From an uncultured Gammaproteobacteria bacterium (GTDB lineage Bacteria; Pseudomonadota; Gammaproteobacteria; JACCXJ01): a stretch of DNA of 64,000 nucleotides. The notes below the pieces were generated by a model that worked only from the letters and a program-made list of their open reading frames with translations, was not told where the DNA came from and did not search any database. The stretch lies in the NCBI GenBank assembly GCA_963764725.1, contig CAVXTM010000009.1, positions 96,001-160,000 of the forward strand, written 5' to 3'. The position numbers and the translations under genes are program-made. Each line of letters starts with the position of its first letter. The first letter of the stretch is position 1. Below are positions 1-10,270 of the stretch, in pieces.

Positions 1-1434
1 CTGGGTCCGACATTCTCGAAACTCGGGCAAGTGTTGTCAACCCGCCCGGATCTCCTTCCGGTAGAGTACATTGAGGAACTTGCCCTGTTGCAGGACCACG
101 TGTCGCCAATGAGCGAGCAAGAGGTCGTGCGGGTTACCGAGCAGGAACTGGGTGTCCCCTGGGAGGATGTCTTTGAATCGATCGATCCAACGCCCCTCGC
201 CGCTGGCACAATCGCTCAGGTCCACCGTGCGACACTCGAAAGCGGTGATCGGGTCGTAGTCAAGGTTCAGCGACCCACCGCTCGTGCTGAAATCGAACAG
301 GATCTCGCCCTCCTCGAGGTGTTTGCAGAGAAAGTCGGAAAGCGTCCCGCGCTCAAGCAGGTGATCGATATGGAGGCCGTGTTCAAGCACCTATCCGCCT
401 CGCTACACCGTGAACTCGACTTCCGTCAGGAGGCCGACAACATCGGGCGGATGCAGGGTGTGCTCGCAGGCTATGATCGCCTTGCCGTACCCAGCGTGTA
501 CCGGGATCTGTCCACGTCCCGATTATTGGTGATGGAAGAGATCCAGGGCATACCGATCAAGCAGGCACCGGCAGGTTCAGAGCGCATCCATGCCGCCCGT
601 CAACTGTTGGAGAGCTACTACAAACAGATCATCGTCGATGGTTTCTTCCATGCCGATCCCCACCCAGGCAACCTGCTGTGGTGGAAGAACCGCATCTACT
701 TTCTCGATTTCGGAATGGTCGGCGCGGTAGGAGCCGACTTCCGTGAGCATCTGTTGTTATTGTTGATGGCTCTGTGGCAGGAAGATGCCGCTTTTGTTAC
801 TGATGTCACACTGATGATGACTGGCGCCATCGATCGCAGCGATCTCGATGTGTCCCGATTCCAAAGAGAGATCGGTGAAGTGATGGCGAAATATCGCACT
901 GCCGCGCTTGCCGAGATGCAGATCGGGCCGATTTTGCAAGAAATGAGCGCGATCGCGTTACGGCATGGGGTACCCCTACCGGCCTCGCTCACGCTCGCCG
1001 TCAAGGCACTCGCGCAGGTACAACTGGCGACCGCCGATCTCGATCCAGAACTCGATCCCTTCGACGTAGCTGGCAAGTTCTTGATGCGCTGGGTGGTCAA
1101 GCGCATGGGTGCCACGCTCAATCCGAAGACACTGGTTTATCAATCGCAAAAGTTGAAAGTACGGGCCCTGCGCGTGATCGAGGCGGTCGAACACCTCATC
1201 GGTGCTCGCCCTGGCCACAAGCTTGTGGTGAACTTCCGGGCCAATACGCTGGAGGATATGGTGCACCGTACGGGACGGCGTCTGGCGCTCGGGCTGACCG
1301 CCGCGGCGAGTGTCATCGCCACCGCGCTCACGGCCGGATCGACGACCGTCGCGGATTGGGTACCCGCGACATTCGGCGTCGTCGCGGGTCTGCTTACCGT
1401 TGGCCTGATCATCGACCTGGTGCGTCGGCGCTGA
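1..1434 (+). CDS. ABC1/AarF/UbiB family atypical kinase (5' end lies outside the window)
   Basis: Frame is open from base 1 (LGPTFSKLGQ..LSTRPDLLP). Has AAGTIAQVH, VVVKVQRP, FFHADPHPGN and LDFGMVG motifs and two C-terminal TM helices. Confidence 0.93.
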   Translation: MGPTFSKLGQVLSTRPDLLPVEYIEELALLQDHVSPMSEQEVVRVTEQELGVPWEDVFESIDPTPLAAGTIAQVHRATLESGDRVVVKVQRPTARAEIEQDLALLEVFAEKVGKRPALKQVIDMEAVFKHLSASLHRELDFRQEADNIGRMQGVLAGYDRLAVPSVYRDLSTSRLLVMEEIQGIPIKQAPAGSERIHAARQLLESYYKQIIVDGFFHADPHPGNLLWWKNRIYFLDFGMVGAVGADFREHLLLLLMALWQEDAAFVTDVTLMMTGAIDRSDLDVSRFQREIGEVMAKYRTAALAEMQIGPILQEMSAIALRHGVPLPASLTLAVKALAQVQLATADLDPELDPFDVAGKFLMRWVVKRMGATLNPKTLVYQSQKLKVRALRVIEAVEHLIGARPGHKLVVNFRANTLEDMVHRTGRRLALGLTAAASVIATALTAGSTTVADWVPATFGVVAGLLTVGLIIDLVRRR

Positions 1435-1508
1435 TCGTAAGCCCCTGCCGCAGTCTTCGTGGTTGATCGGGAGGAGAAGTCCGGATTGGGCGGCCCAAAC
1501 CCAGTTTA

Positions 1509-2505
1509 ACGTGAGTTCGACGTAAGGTAAGGTCAGAAGGCGACCGGGAGAAGATCGAGTTCGTCCGGGCGGAGATTCAGCGACGGTTTTTGGAGCTGAT
1601 AGGTATAGACGATGAGACCGGCGGCTAGATTGACCATGAAATTGGCCGGACTGCGGTGGCGGCTATGCTCGATCTGCGAAATGTTCTTGCGTTGATCGAT
1701 GACGCTCTCAATCACGGCGCGCTTGCGCAGAAGGAGTTTGTCGATGAGGTGCATGACCTTGGGCTTCATGGTCTTGCGCAACCGGGTGATCAGTTCCACC
1801 CCGCGTTGGAACAACTGTTCAAAGAGCCGTTGCGAAATATAGCCTTTGTCGCCGAAGAGCTTGCCGGACAAGTGACGGGTCAATTTCGGCACGGGAACCC
1901 GATCGTCGATGTTCTCCGGGGTCAGCTTGAAGGCCAACAACTCGCCTTCGTCGTTGATGACGAGGTGCAATGTGAAGCCATAGAACCGGCCGACTGAGGT
2001 CTTGCCCCACGCCGCGCTGTCGTTGAAAATCCGATGAGCATGGGCGCGCTTGGGGTGGCAAGCGATGAGGCTGGTAGCGTCACTAAAGCTGATGCCGGTC
2101 AGGTGGCCGCGGCGATGATTCTGGAAGACACAGAGCGGGAGCAAAGCGTCACGCATCAACTCCACAAAACGCGAGTAGCTGACCAGTCGCGGAAACGCTG
2201 GCGGTGATAGCGGGCGATGTAGTCGGTGTAGAAGTGCTTGAAGTTCCGGTAGTGGGCCAGATGGAAGGCGATGATCAGGGTCATCACTTCGCTCAAGGAG
2301 AGCGCCGAGCACCGAGCCCGGCGCTTAACCCCCGCGCTGATCAAGTGGCGCTGCCACTCCGGTTCGAACCCTCGGCAGAAATCATCAAGGTCACAAAACA
2401 GGTGCCCCCAATCCACAATCATGGGCGTTTTCCTCCATACGACCAGGCCGCTCCTACTCTGGTCAGACCTCCCGCTCGTCCAGCTTGCTTAAGTCGAACT
2501 CACGT
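1509..2505 (-). mobile_element. IS982-family insertion sequence with frameshifted transposase
   Basis: 18-bp terminal IRs ACGTGAGTTCGAC(G/T)TAAG at 1509-1526 and 2488-2505. 7-bp target duplication CAGTTTA at 1502-1508 and 2506-2512. Confidence 0.93.
1533..2422 (-). pseudogene. IS982 DDE transposase, split by a frameshift near 2198
   Basis: N-terminal part ([30 protein letters not shown]) is in ORF 2156-2422. The rest ([37 protein letters not shown]) is in ORF 1533-2312. Confidence 0.88.
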
Positions 2506-2608
2506 CAGTTTAGAAGGCGCCTCTGCGTGCGATCGTTATCGCCGAAGGTTGCAGTGTGGTATTACGCCCGCATGGCAGCGGTGAGGGTCCGTATGTCACC
2601 CTCTCAAG

Positions 2609-2754
2609 CTAGTGTACTGCTTCATTCTTTTTAGGACTTATGATTCCAGGCGTGGAATCCTTGTGCTGCAACGCTTTCCGAGGAACAGGAATACGCAAAA
2701 AGGACCTTGGTACGGCCAACGACAAGTTCCATTTATTACGAAGCACTACACTAG
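2609..2754. mobile_element. IS630-type MITE or internally deleted IS630 (about 140 bp)
   Basis: Ends CTAGTGTACTGCTTC (2609-2623) and GAAGCACTACACTAG (2740-2754) are inverted copies and match the ends of the intact IS630 at 35181-36344. Sits in a CTAG/TA target. Confidence 0.82.
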
Positions 2755-2910
2755 GTTACAGGGAAGACCGGCGATCGGTGGCTTCGTCCCGTCGCGCCTA
2801 ATCGAACGCAGCACAGCTTTCTCGAGCAGGCATGCCATGGTCGCCATTGCCAAGCCTACCAGCCATCGCTCCACTTGCCGAAAGAAAGGCCTTTTAGGGA
2901 CGTTGTTCAC
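2746..2910 (-). CDS. Possible small hydrophobic protein (54 aa), with its 3' end supplied by the MITE
   Basis: GTG-start ORF below the track cutoff: VNNVPKRPFFRQVERWLVGLAMATMACLLEKAVLRSIRR. One hydrophobic/amphipathic helix. Confidence 0.3.
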   Translation of the reverse strand: MNNVPKRPFFRQVERWLVGLAMATMACLLEKAVLRSIRRDGTKPPIAGLPCNLV

Positions 2911-3247
2911 GGAAGCGCTTTTTAAGACTCAATCGCTCATACTACCACGAGGGCGACACAAAACGGGTGAGTGCGCGAAACTGGTGCAGCTCTGTGGGAA
3001 CCGAGAACGGAACATACAGCAAAAACGATATTCAAAACGCAAATCCGCAGGCGACCGAATCATAGCAAGTGCAGGATCTGATGGTGCAGGGCATGCTGGG
3101 TAGTTGTAGATGTCAACGTAGCGCAACAGGATTGTTGAAAGATCTTCGGTGTAATCGTAATGATGGGTTCGAATTCAGTCCGCCTTTTCAAAGCCTTTCT
3201 TTTTTAACCTTACCAGCAACCGATAATGTCTATTGTACGGTTTTACC

Positions 3248-6200
3248 ATGATGAACGATCGCGTATCAGCGTGGCTGAATGAGCTAGGTCTCGGAATATA
3301 CTGTGATTCATTTGAGCAAAATGCTATCGATTGGGAAGTACTTCCCGAGCTGAATGAAGGCGACCTCGAGGCGCTGGGCGTTTTACTGGGACATCGAAAA
3401 AAACTCTTACGCGCTATCGCTCAGCTGTCACAGAGCGCTGAGGTTATGGACAGGGTGTCAATACCCATTTCCGTCGTTCCGGAAAGGCAGCCATTCTATC
3501 CAGAAGGAGATCAAGCAGAACGTCGCCAGCTGACTGTGATGTTTTGTGATCTGGTGGATTCGACACCCCTATCTCGCCACTTGGACCCTGAGGACCTCCA
3601 GGATGTCGTCCGACGTTTTTTAGACGCATGCAGTCAAGCGATCCGTCGGTTCGACGGCTACATCGCAAAATACATGGGTGATGGAATGCTAATCTATTTT
3701 GGGTACCCCCATGCCCACGAAAACGATGCAGAACGAGCGGTACATTCTGGACTGGCTATTCTGGATGTGGCGAAGGCGCTTAATCAAGATAATCCGGATC
3801 AAGGGTTTGGTATAGCTGCAAGAATTGGGATCGCTACTGGCCAAGTCGTGGTCGGCGAATTAATGGGGCAGGAAACCGCCAAGGAAAGGTCAGTTTTTGG
3901 CGAAACCCCTAATCTTGCTGCTCGCCTCCAAGTGCTGGCAAAACCCAATCAGCTGATCATTGACCCTTCGACGAAACGTCTCGCAGGAAATGATTTCGAG
4001 TTCGCAGATCATGGCACCTTTTCTCTTAAAGGGTTCGAAACACCCGTCCAGGCCTGGCGGGTTCTGAGCACCAGGTTGTCAGCCAGCCGGTTTGAAGCCC
4101 ATCGATCCAGTCAATTAGCCAATTTTGTAGGCAGGGAATACGAGATCTCACTCCTGCTTGGTCGTTGGCGCGAAGCCGTCGGCGGAGAAGGACAGGTATT
4201 GCTCCTGCGTGGTGAGGCCGGCATCGGCAAATCGAGAATTACCCAGATTCTGCGCGACCGCATCGCCGACGAACGTCACCAAACTATTCAATACCAGTGT
4301 TCACCTTACCATACCAATACGGCTCTACACCCAGCGATAAATTACCTGTGGCAAGCAGCCGGACTTGCCAGTGAGGACAGTTCCAATACGAAACTGACTA
4401 AGCTGGACGTCATGGCCATCGAAAGCGGAGTTGAAAAGCAGGAAATGGTTTCATTGATGGCGGATCTGCTCTCGATCCGAGAGGATCATCGGTACCCACC
4501 GCTCAATGTGTCATCCGAAAAACGCAAGGAAATGACTCTGGCAGCATTAATGCGCCAACTGCAAAGCCTGGCCGATCGTTTTCCAGTGTTGTTCTTTGTG
4601 GAAGACGCCCACTGGATTGATCCGACAACGCTTGATCTCTTGACGCGAATCATTGACCGCATCCAGCAGATGCGCGTGTTGTTACTGGTAACATTTCGAC
4701 CCGAATTCAACCCCATTTGGCAGGAACGCGGTCACGTGACGTCTCTAACGCTCAGTCGGCTTCCACGTCGGCATTGCACCGAGCTCGTTACTGCGATTAC
4801 AGGGGGTAAAGCGCTTCCGCCCGAGGTGAAACAGACCATTCTCGCCAAGGCCGACGGCGTGCCTCTATATATCGAAGAGTTGACGAGAAATGTTCTTGAA
4901 TCCGGGCTACTGACTGAGGAGGCCTACTCTTATACCTTAAAGGACGCATTAAGAGAATTATCCATTCCGGAAAGTCTGCAAGCTTCGCTGATGGAAAGGG
5001 TAGACCGATTGGGGCCGGTTAAGGAAATTGTTCAAACTGGAGCAGCGATTGGACGTGAATTCACATACGACCTTTTACAGGCAACTGGCGAAGCTACGGA
5101 CAGCCAGTTGAGGAATGCACTCGACCTCTTCGTCGCTTCCGGGCTCATTTTCCAAGAGGGCGAGATTCCCGCTGCGAAATACCTCTTTAAGCACGCTCTC
5201 GTACAAAAAGCTGCCTACAGCACACTACTCAAGAAACCCCGGCAATTGCTACATGCTCGAATTGCTAAGACACTGGAGAGCAGCTTCATCGAGCGTGTAA
5301 AAAGGGAGCCGGAACTCCTGGCTTATCACTATGAACAGGCAGGATTACCGGGCCCGGCGGTTGATTATTGGCATCTTGCGGCTCGTAGCGCCGCGGAACG
5401 TTCGGCTAATATCGAAGCGCTTAATCATTTTAATAGAGCGCTACATCTGCTAAAGGATCTGCCACAAGGTCCAGAGCGTAATACCTTGGAGTTGGAACTC
5501 TTGATAGCACGCGGAGCCCCCTTGCTGTCCGTAAAAGGATATGCATCCGACGAAATGGAACAGAATTATTCAAGAGCGAAGGATTTGTCACAGGAGATCG
5601 GCGATCCCGTGCATCAGTTTCGCGCAATTTGGGGATTATGGGTGTTTCGTCTTGTCAGAGGACAACTCACTGATGCTCGCGGCCTAGCCGAAAGTCTTCT
5701 CGCTTTGGCTAATCGCGAGCAAAGCTCGGATCTACTTGTCGAAGCTCACCGGAATTTGGGTACGACCTATTTCTGGCTTGGCCGGTTTGACGAAGCGAGA
5801 ACCCATCTCCTTACCGCAAAAGCTCTGTACGATCGAAAGCAACACCGGTCGCATGCCTTACTCTACGGCCAGGATCCCGGGATAACCGCGAGGATTTACC
5901 TGGCCAGGACAGTGTGGATATTAGGTGAGGTTGAGCAAGCTGAAACACTGGCGCTGGAGGCCATCGGCATGGCGAGGGAGTTAGATCACCCATTCACGCT
6001 GGCTTTTACCTTAGCCTTTCTTTCCTGGGCCTATTCAACTTTTCGCAACGCGAATAGAACGCTGGAACTCACAGACGAAGCCATTGCCGTTTCAACTCGA
6101 TACTCATTTGAATTGGGTTTGGCGTGGGCAACGGCCTCTCAAGGATGGGCTTTAGCCGAAAATGGGCAAGCGGAAGGTGTAAACAGGTTGATAAGCGGCC

Positions 6201-6643
6201 TTTCCGCTACTCGGGCCATAGGTGCAAGTGTCAACAACACGGCTACATTGGCTTTGCTTGCGAAAATATATTTACAAGAAAAACGCTTTAGCGAAGGCCT
6301 GGCCGCTATTGAGGATGCTCAGAAGATTGCCGTAACGCAGGGAGAACGTTTTTGGCAAGCGGAACTGTTTCGATTGAAAGGCGAACTGCTGCTCGGACAA
6401 TCCGACCAATCAGTCAATGAAGCAGAACAGTGCTTTTGTGAAGCCCTGGAGATTGCACGGAATCAGAATGCGAAAATGCTCGAACTGCGAGCGGCTACCA
6501 GCCTGGCAAGGCTGTGGAAAAACCTGAATAAATTGGATGATGCCAAAAGCACCTTAAGTTTCGTTTACTCTGGTTTCACAGAAGGCTTCGAAAGCCGTGA
6601 CTTGGTTGAGGCCAAAACAGTTCTTGAGCAGCTTATTGAGTGA
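3248..6643 (+). CDS. SAM domain + class III adenylate/guanylate cyclase + AAA ATPase + TPR-like protein
   Basis: SAM (WLNELGL..LGHRKKLL). Cyclase motifs VMFCDLVDST, KYMGDG and GETPNLAARLQ. Walker A GEAGIGKS and Walker B FVEDAHW. Helical repeat C-terminus ending LELRAATSLARL. Confidence 0.92.
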   Translation: MMNDRVSAWLNELGLGIYCDSFEQNAIDWEVLPELNEGDLEALGVLLGHRKKLLRAIAQLSQSAEVMDRVSIPISVVPERQPFYPEGDQAERRQLTVMFCDLVDSTPLSRHLDPEDLQDVVRRFLDACSQAIRRFDGYIAKYMGDGMLIYFGYPHAHENDAERAVHSGLAILDVAKALNQDNPDQGFGIAARIGIATGQVVVGELMGQETAKERSVFGETPNLAARLQVLAKPNQLIIDPSTKRLAGNDFEFADHGTFSLKGFETPVQAWRVLSTRLSASRFEAHRSSQLANFVGREYEISLLLGRWREAVGGEGQVLLLRGEAGIGKSRITQILRDRIADERHQTIQYQCSPYHTNTALHPAINYLWQAAGLASEDSSNTKLTKLDVMAIESGVEKQEMVSLMADLLSIREDHRYPPLNVSSEKRKEMTLAALMRQLQSLADRFPVLFFVEDAHWIDPTTLDLLTRIIDRIQQMRVLLLVTFRPEFNPIWQERGHVTSLTLSRLPRRHCTELVTAITGGKALPPEVKQTILAKADGVPLYIEELTRNVLESGLLTEEAYSYTLKDALRELSIPESLQASLMERVDRLGPVKEIVQTGAAIGREFTYDLLQATGEATDSQLRNALDLFVASGLIFQEGEIPAAKYLFKHALVQKAAYSTLLKKPRQLLHARIAKTLESSFIERVKREPELLAYHYEQAGLPGPAVDYWHLAARSAAERSANIEALNHFNRALHLLKDLPQGPERNTLELELLIARGAPLLSVKGYASDEMEQNYSRAKDLSQEIGDPVHQFRAIWGLWVFRLVRGQLTDARGLAESLLALANREQSSDLLVEAHRNLGTTYFWLGRFDEARTHLLTAKALYDRKQHRSHALLYGQDPGITARIYLARTVWILGEVEQAETLALEAIGMARELDHPFTLAFTLAFLSWAYSTFRNANRTLELTDEAIAVSTRYSFELGLAWATASQGWALAENGQAEGVNRLISGLSATRAIGASVNNTATLALLAKIYLQEKRFSEGLAAIEDAQKIAVTQGERFWQAELFRLKGELLLGQSDQSVNEAEQCFCEALEIARNQNAKMLELRAATSLARLWKNLNKLDDAKSTLSFVYSGFTEGFESRDLVEAKTVLEQLIE

Positions 6644-6668
6644 CAAAGGTATTGATTGTCCATCATAG

Positions 6669-6815
6669 GGTTCAAACCACCGGCTTTCAGCCGGTTAGCT
6701 TTAGCTGCGAGAATGCTGCACAAGGAGGTGCATCATGGACTACGGATATGGCAGTCATACAGTTTTTCAGATTGAGTACCACTTTGTATCACTTTGTATG
6801 GGTGACGAAGTATCT
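6669..6815 (+). pseudogene. tnpA: IS200/IS605 left end and tnpA 5' fragment
   Basis: Subterminal hairpin CCGGCT-TTC-AGCCGG, RBS AAGGAGG, ATG at 6735 giving MDYGYGSHTVFQIEYHFV..WVTKY. A 10-bp tandem duplication CACTTTGTAT (6780-6799) breaks the frame. Confidence 0.8.
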
Positions 6816-6921
6816 GTAGTGCGCAAATATCTTTCGACTTGTGCGGCGACGGCACCAACGATACTCATGGTGCAAACCGCCTAGCACAGGCACTCGCGCT
6901 AGCCGTAGTCGCTGGAAAACT

Positions 6922-6982
6922 TGCTCCGCAAAAAATTCAATACGAGGCGAAATAACGCAAAATTGAACGAAATTGCGGAGCA
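6922..6982. repeat. Imperfect inverted repeat
   Basis: TGCTCCGCAA-N4-TTCAAT (6922-6941) pairs with ATTGAA-N5-TTGCGGAGCA (6962-6982). Confidence 0.55.
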
Positions 6983-7129
6983 GAAAATGACCTATCTTGT
7001 TGATAAATAACGATTGTACCGATGACTTGTCTGTGGCGAGTTACTAATTTTAGGGGAGAGTCCGCACTTGTGATCCGCATTTAATGTTCGGCCCTACATT
7101 GTGCGACTTTTGCGGAGAGCGCCCTGGCA

Positions 7130-7801
7130 CCCCTGCAAGCGGCGGCCTGCACCTACCGGATCGCGTTCGGGCCCCGGGCGGGCCAGAAAGTGCTGACCTT
7201 GCAGACCATCCCGAACCGAGTGGCGCCGCCCACCGAACACTGCTGCGTCAATGAGCAGGGCTTCAGCTTGCATGCTGACGTGCGGCTCGCCATCAACCGG
7301 CGTCATAAGCTCGAACACCTCTGTCGGTACATCACCCGCCCGGCTCTTGCCAACGAGCGCCCAGCGCTCAACCGTGCCGGGCAGGTGGTGCTCACGCTGA
7401 AGACACCTTACCGAGATGGCACCACCCATATCGTCATGGAACCCCTGGAATTCATGCAGCGCCTTGCCGCACTGGTTCCCCGTCCGCGGTTGCACCTCAT
7501 CCGCTTCCATGGCGTGCTCACACCCCATGCCAAGCTCCGGCCCCAGATCATCCCGAATGCGCCGGTCAACGCGACTGACGACCCATCAGGCCACGCCGAG
7601 ACACCTCATTCCTCGGCGCCGGTCCGCCTGAGCTGGGCCGGGCTGCTCAAACGCGTATTCGATATCGACATCGAGCGCTGCCCCAACTGCGGCGGCGCCT
7701 TAACGATTATCGCCGCCATCCTCGACCCCGCCGTGATTGCCAAGATCCTCGCCCACCTCGGCTTGCCTATCCGCGCACCGCCGCGCTCACCGGCACGTTG
7801 A
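7130..7801 (+). pseudogene. IS91/ISCR rolling-circle transposase, C-terminal half only
   Basis: LQAAACTYRIAFGPRAGQKVL..GFSLHA..LCRYITRP..LKTPYRDGTTHIVMEPLEFMQRLAALVPRPR..RFHGVL, followed by a CPNC zinc ribbon. Confidence 0.88.
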
Positions 7802-8021
7802 CCCGATCTGTTCCACGCCGCCTAACCCCGCATCGACACCGCTTCTGCCACAGCGCCGATCTCTCGCTCGGCCTGCGTTCACACACACCGCCCATCAGGC
7901 GGTGACATCCGCCCGCTCAGGCTGATCTACAGCCCCGAAAACGCCATGCGCACACGGTTCTCACCAATAATTCGTGTCATTGACTACCCGCCAAGCTCGG
8001 CGATATAGTCCCACCGCAACA

Positions 8022-8048
8022 AAAAGGTCGTTTCAAGTTCCTATTCGC
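8022..8048 (+). mobile_element. oriIS-like end of the ISCR/IS91 element
   Basis: AAAAAGGTCGTTTCAAGTTCCTATTCGC lies about 220 bp downstream of the transposase and resembles the ISCR oriIS consensus (GTTTGAAnTTCCTAT). Confidence 0.65.
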
Positions 8049-8097
8049 CGTTTGACACGGGAGACGAGAATGATCAGATTGAATCGCGATAGCGCGA

Positions 8098-9526
8098 TGA
8101 TCAGCCACACTCGTCGCATTCTGTCCCACCGAACGGTGGATGAGCAATCGAACGGGCAGGAAGTGAATCATGCGAACATTCGTGCAGAGCTCGAATCATT
8201 CTCACATCACGTCCGCGTCCCACGCACCGAAGTCCTCCATCGATCCTCGCATCGAAACGAGCATTCGATCTTTGCGGGGACAGGGATAGCCGCTTGCGAC
8301 GGCCGACCGCGAATTCTTCGACTCCCGGTTCGGGCACGACTTCGCCAAGGTGCGGATCCACTCGAACCCGGCCGCGGAAGAATCGGCACGCTCCCTTCGC
8401 GCCAAGGCGTTTACGACCGGGCGGACATCTTCTTCGGCTCGGGCGATTCGCGCCCCGGACAGCCGCCGGCAGGAAGTTGCTGGGGCATGAGCTGGCCCAT
8501 GTGATCGAGCAGGAGTCGCTCGACCCCGCAGCCGTCGAGTACGGGTATCGCGGTCGCGGCGAAGTGGGCGTTCCGACCCTGCAGCTCGCGCCCGAGGATT
8601 CTGCAACGGAACCTGCGCCCGCGCTCGACGATGCCGATGCGCCGGATCCCCTTCTCGACGAAGAGGCGATGATGGCCGTGGCCAGGGAGGGTGCGCGACA
8701 ACTCGACGACTATTTGACGACTTACATCCTGGGCTGTAACGCCACCCGGAGGGAGATGACGCTTTCGGAAGCGCTCGCATCCGGAAAGATCCCCGTGTTC
8801 TCCGACGAGTACGACGCGACGATCGCGACGATCCGACAGCAGTCGCTGGCAGCGCTCCGTCAGGCAAAGGGCTTCTTCGAGAACCTGGATGCGAAATCCA
8901 TGAGCCGATGGAGTGCCGCGGCGCTCGAGGCCGCGAATGTCGCGATCGCAACCATCGAGGATGGAGACGACATCGTCTTCGTCGTCGACAGCCGCACCGG
9001 GGAGGGTCAGTCCGTGCTGTCCCGTATCGACCATTTCCGCGAGCAGCTCGCGATCCGCGAGGGGGGATTTCAAGACGAGGAAGGGCGGGCGAAACGCGTC
9101 TCGGCTGGGCTGTCCTCGCATGAGGGGCAAATGGATCTGGACCAAGCCGTTACGGCATCCCGCCCGCAACATCGCTCGGTCTCCATTCTCGACATCGGTG
9201 CGCTGTACGACAATCGCGCGCTCCAAAACTTCGTGGGTCCGATCCAGAATCCTCCCGGAACGCTTCACATCCAGGTGGATACTGCCGCGGCAGTGGATAT
9301 TCGTGCGCTTTTCATCCACGAAGTCGGCGGTCATGCCTTGAGCTTCGAGACACCGGCGGCGAGGGCGAGGCGTCTGCACGGCGATCCGGTCACCGAGAAG
9401 CAAAAAGAATCCAGCCGAGAGCTGGAGGAGGGTTTGGTGGACAACATGGTCAACAAGGTCGCGTTCTTTTCGCTGATACGCGATGACCTGCCGCGTTCTC
9501 TCATTCGACGGCTCGGTAGCGAATGA
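8098..9526 (+). pseudogene. DUF4157 (eCIS core domain) protein with C-terminal putative Zn-metalloprotease, disrupted
   Basis: Across three frames: GQG*PLATADREFFDSRFGHDFAKVRIH..ARSLRAKAFTTG / ADIFFGSG / FAPRTAAGRKLLGHELAHVIEQ. The C-terminus carries FIHEVGGH. The start is uncertain. Confidence 0.78.
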
Positions 9527-9713
9527 TCCGGGTCGGGTCGGTGGGACGAGTCAATCCGACGGCGGCGCAGCGCATTCAGGCCTCGTAGGGGCGGCCGTCA
9601 CCGCCTTATCGATCGCTGTACGCACGATACGTGCCCCGGCAAGAGGCGCATCGCATCGCCATGCTGGGGATCATCGAGGGTGCGCCAGCGCTGCGTGCGC
9701 TACACTCGCGTGG

Positions 9714-10270
9714 ATGAAAATCGCCACCTTCAATGTCAACGGCATCGGCACCCGGCTCCCCCCGTCTGCTCGAATGGCTGGAGCGGGAGTCGCCGGATAT
9801 CGCCTGCCTGCAGGAGCTGAAGACACCGGACGCCAAGTTTCCGCTGGCGGCCCTTCGCACGGCGGGTTACGGCGCCGTCTGGCACGGACAGACATCCTTC
9901 AACGGCGTCGCGATCCTCGCCAAGGGCGCCGATCCGGAGGAGATCCGACGCGGATTGCCCGGCGATCCGGACGACACCCACAGCCGCTACATCGAAGCCG
10001 CCGTGCACGGCATCGTCGTCGGGTGTCTCTATCTTCCGAACGGCAACCCGCAGCCGGGGCCGAAGTTCGACTACAAGCTCGCCTGGTTCGAGCGACTGAT
10101 CGCGCACGCGGCGGAGCTGTGGGCGTCGGGCCGGCCCGCTGTGCTCGCCGGCGACTACAACGTGGTACCGAGCGACGCGGACGTGTGCGACCCGAAGGCA
10201 TGGCGCAAGGATGCGTTGCTGCAGCCGGAAACGCGGGATGCGTACCGGCGGCTGCTCGCGCAAGGGTGGG
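9714..10270 (+). pseudogene. xth: Exodeoxyribonuclease III, frameshifted and 3'-truncated
   Basis: MKIATFNVNGI, then a frameshift in a C-run near 9760, then WLERESPDIACLQELK, YLPNGNP and LAGDYNV. It stops at LLAQGW and lacks the RID..SDH C-terminus. Confidence 0.88.

Noticed and set aside
2612-3103. 163-aa ORF
   Set aside because: Begins inside the MITE and has no motifs, so it is likely spurious.
9750-9770. Programmed frameshift or phase variation in the xth C-run
   Set aside because: The gene is also 3'-truncated, so decay or a sequencing indel is the simpler explanation.
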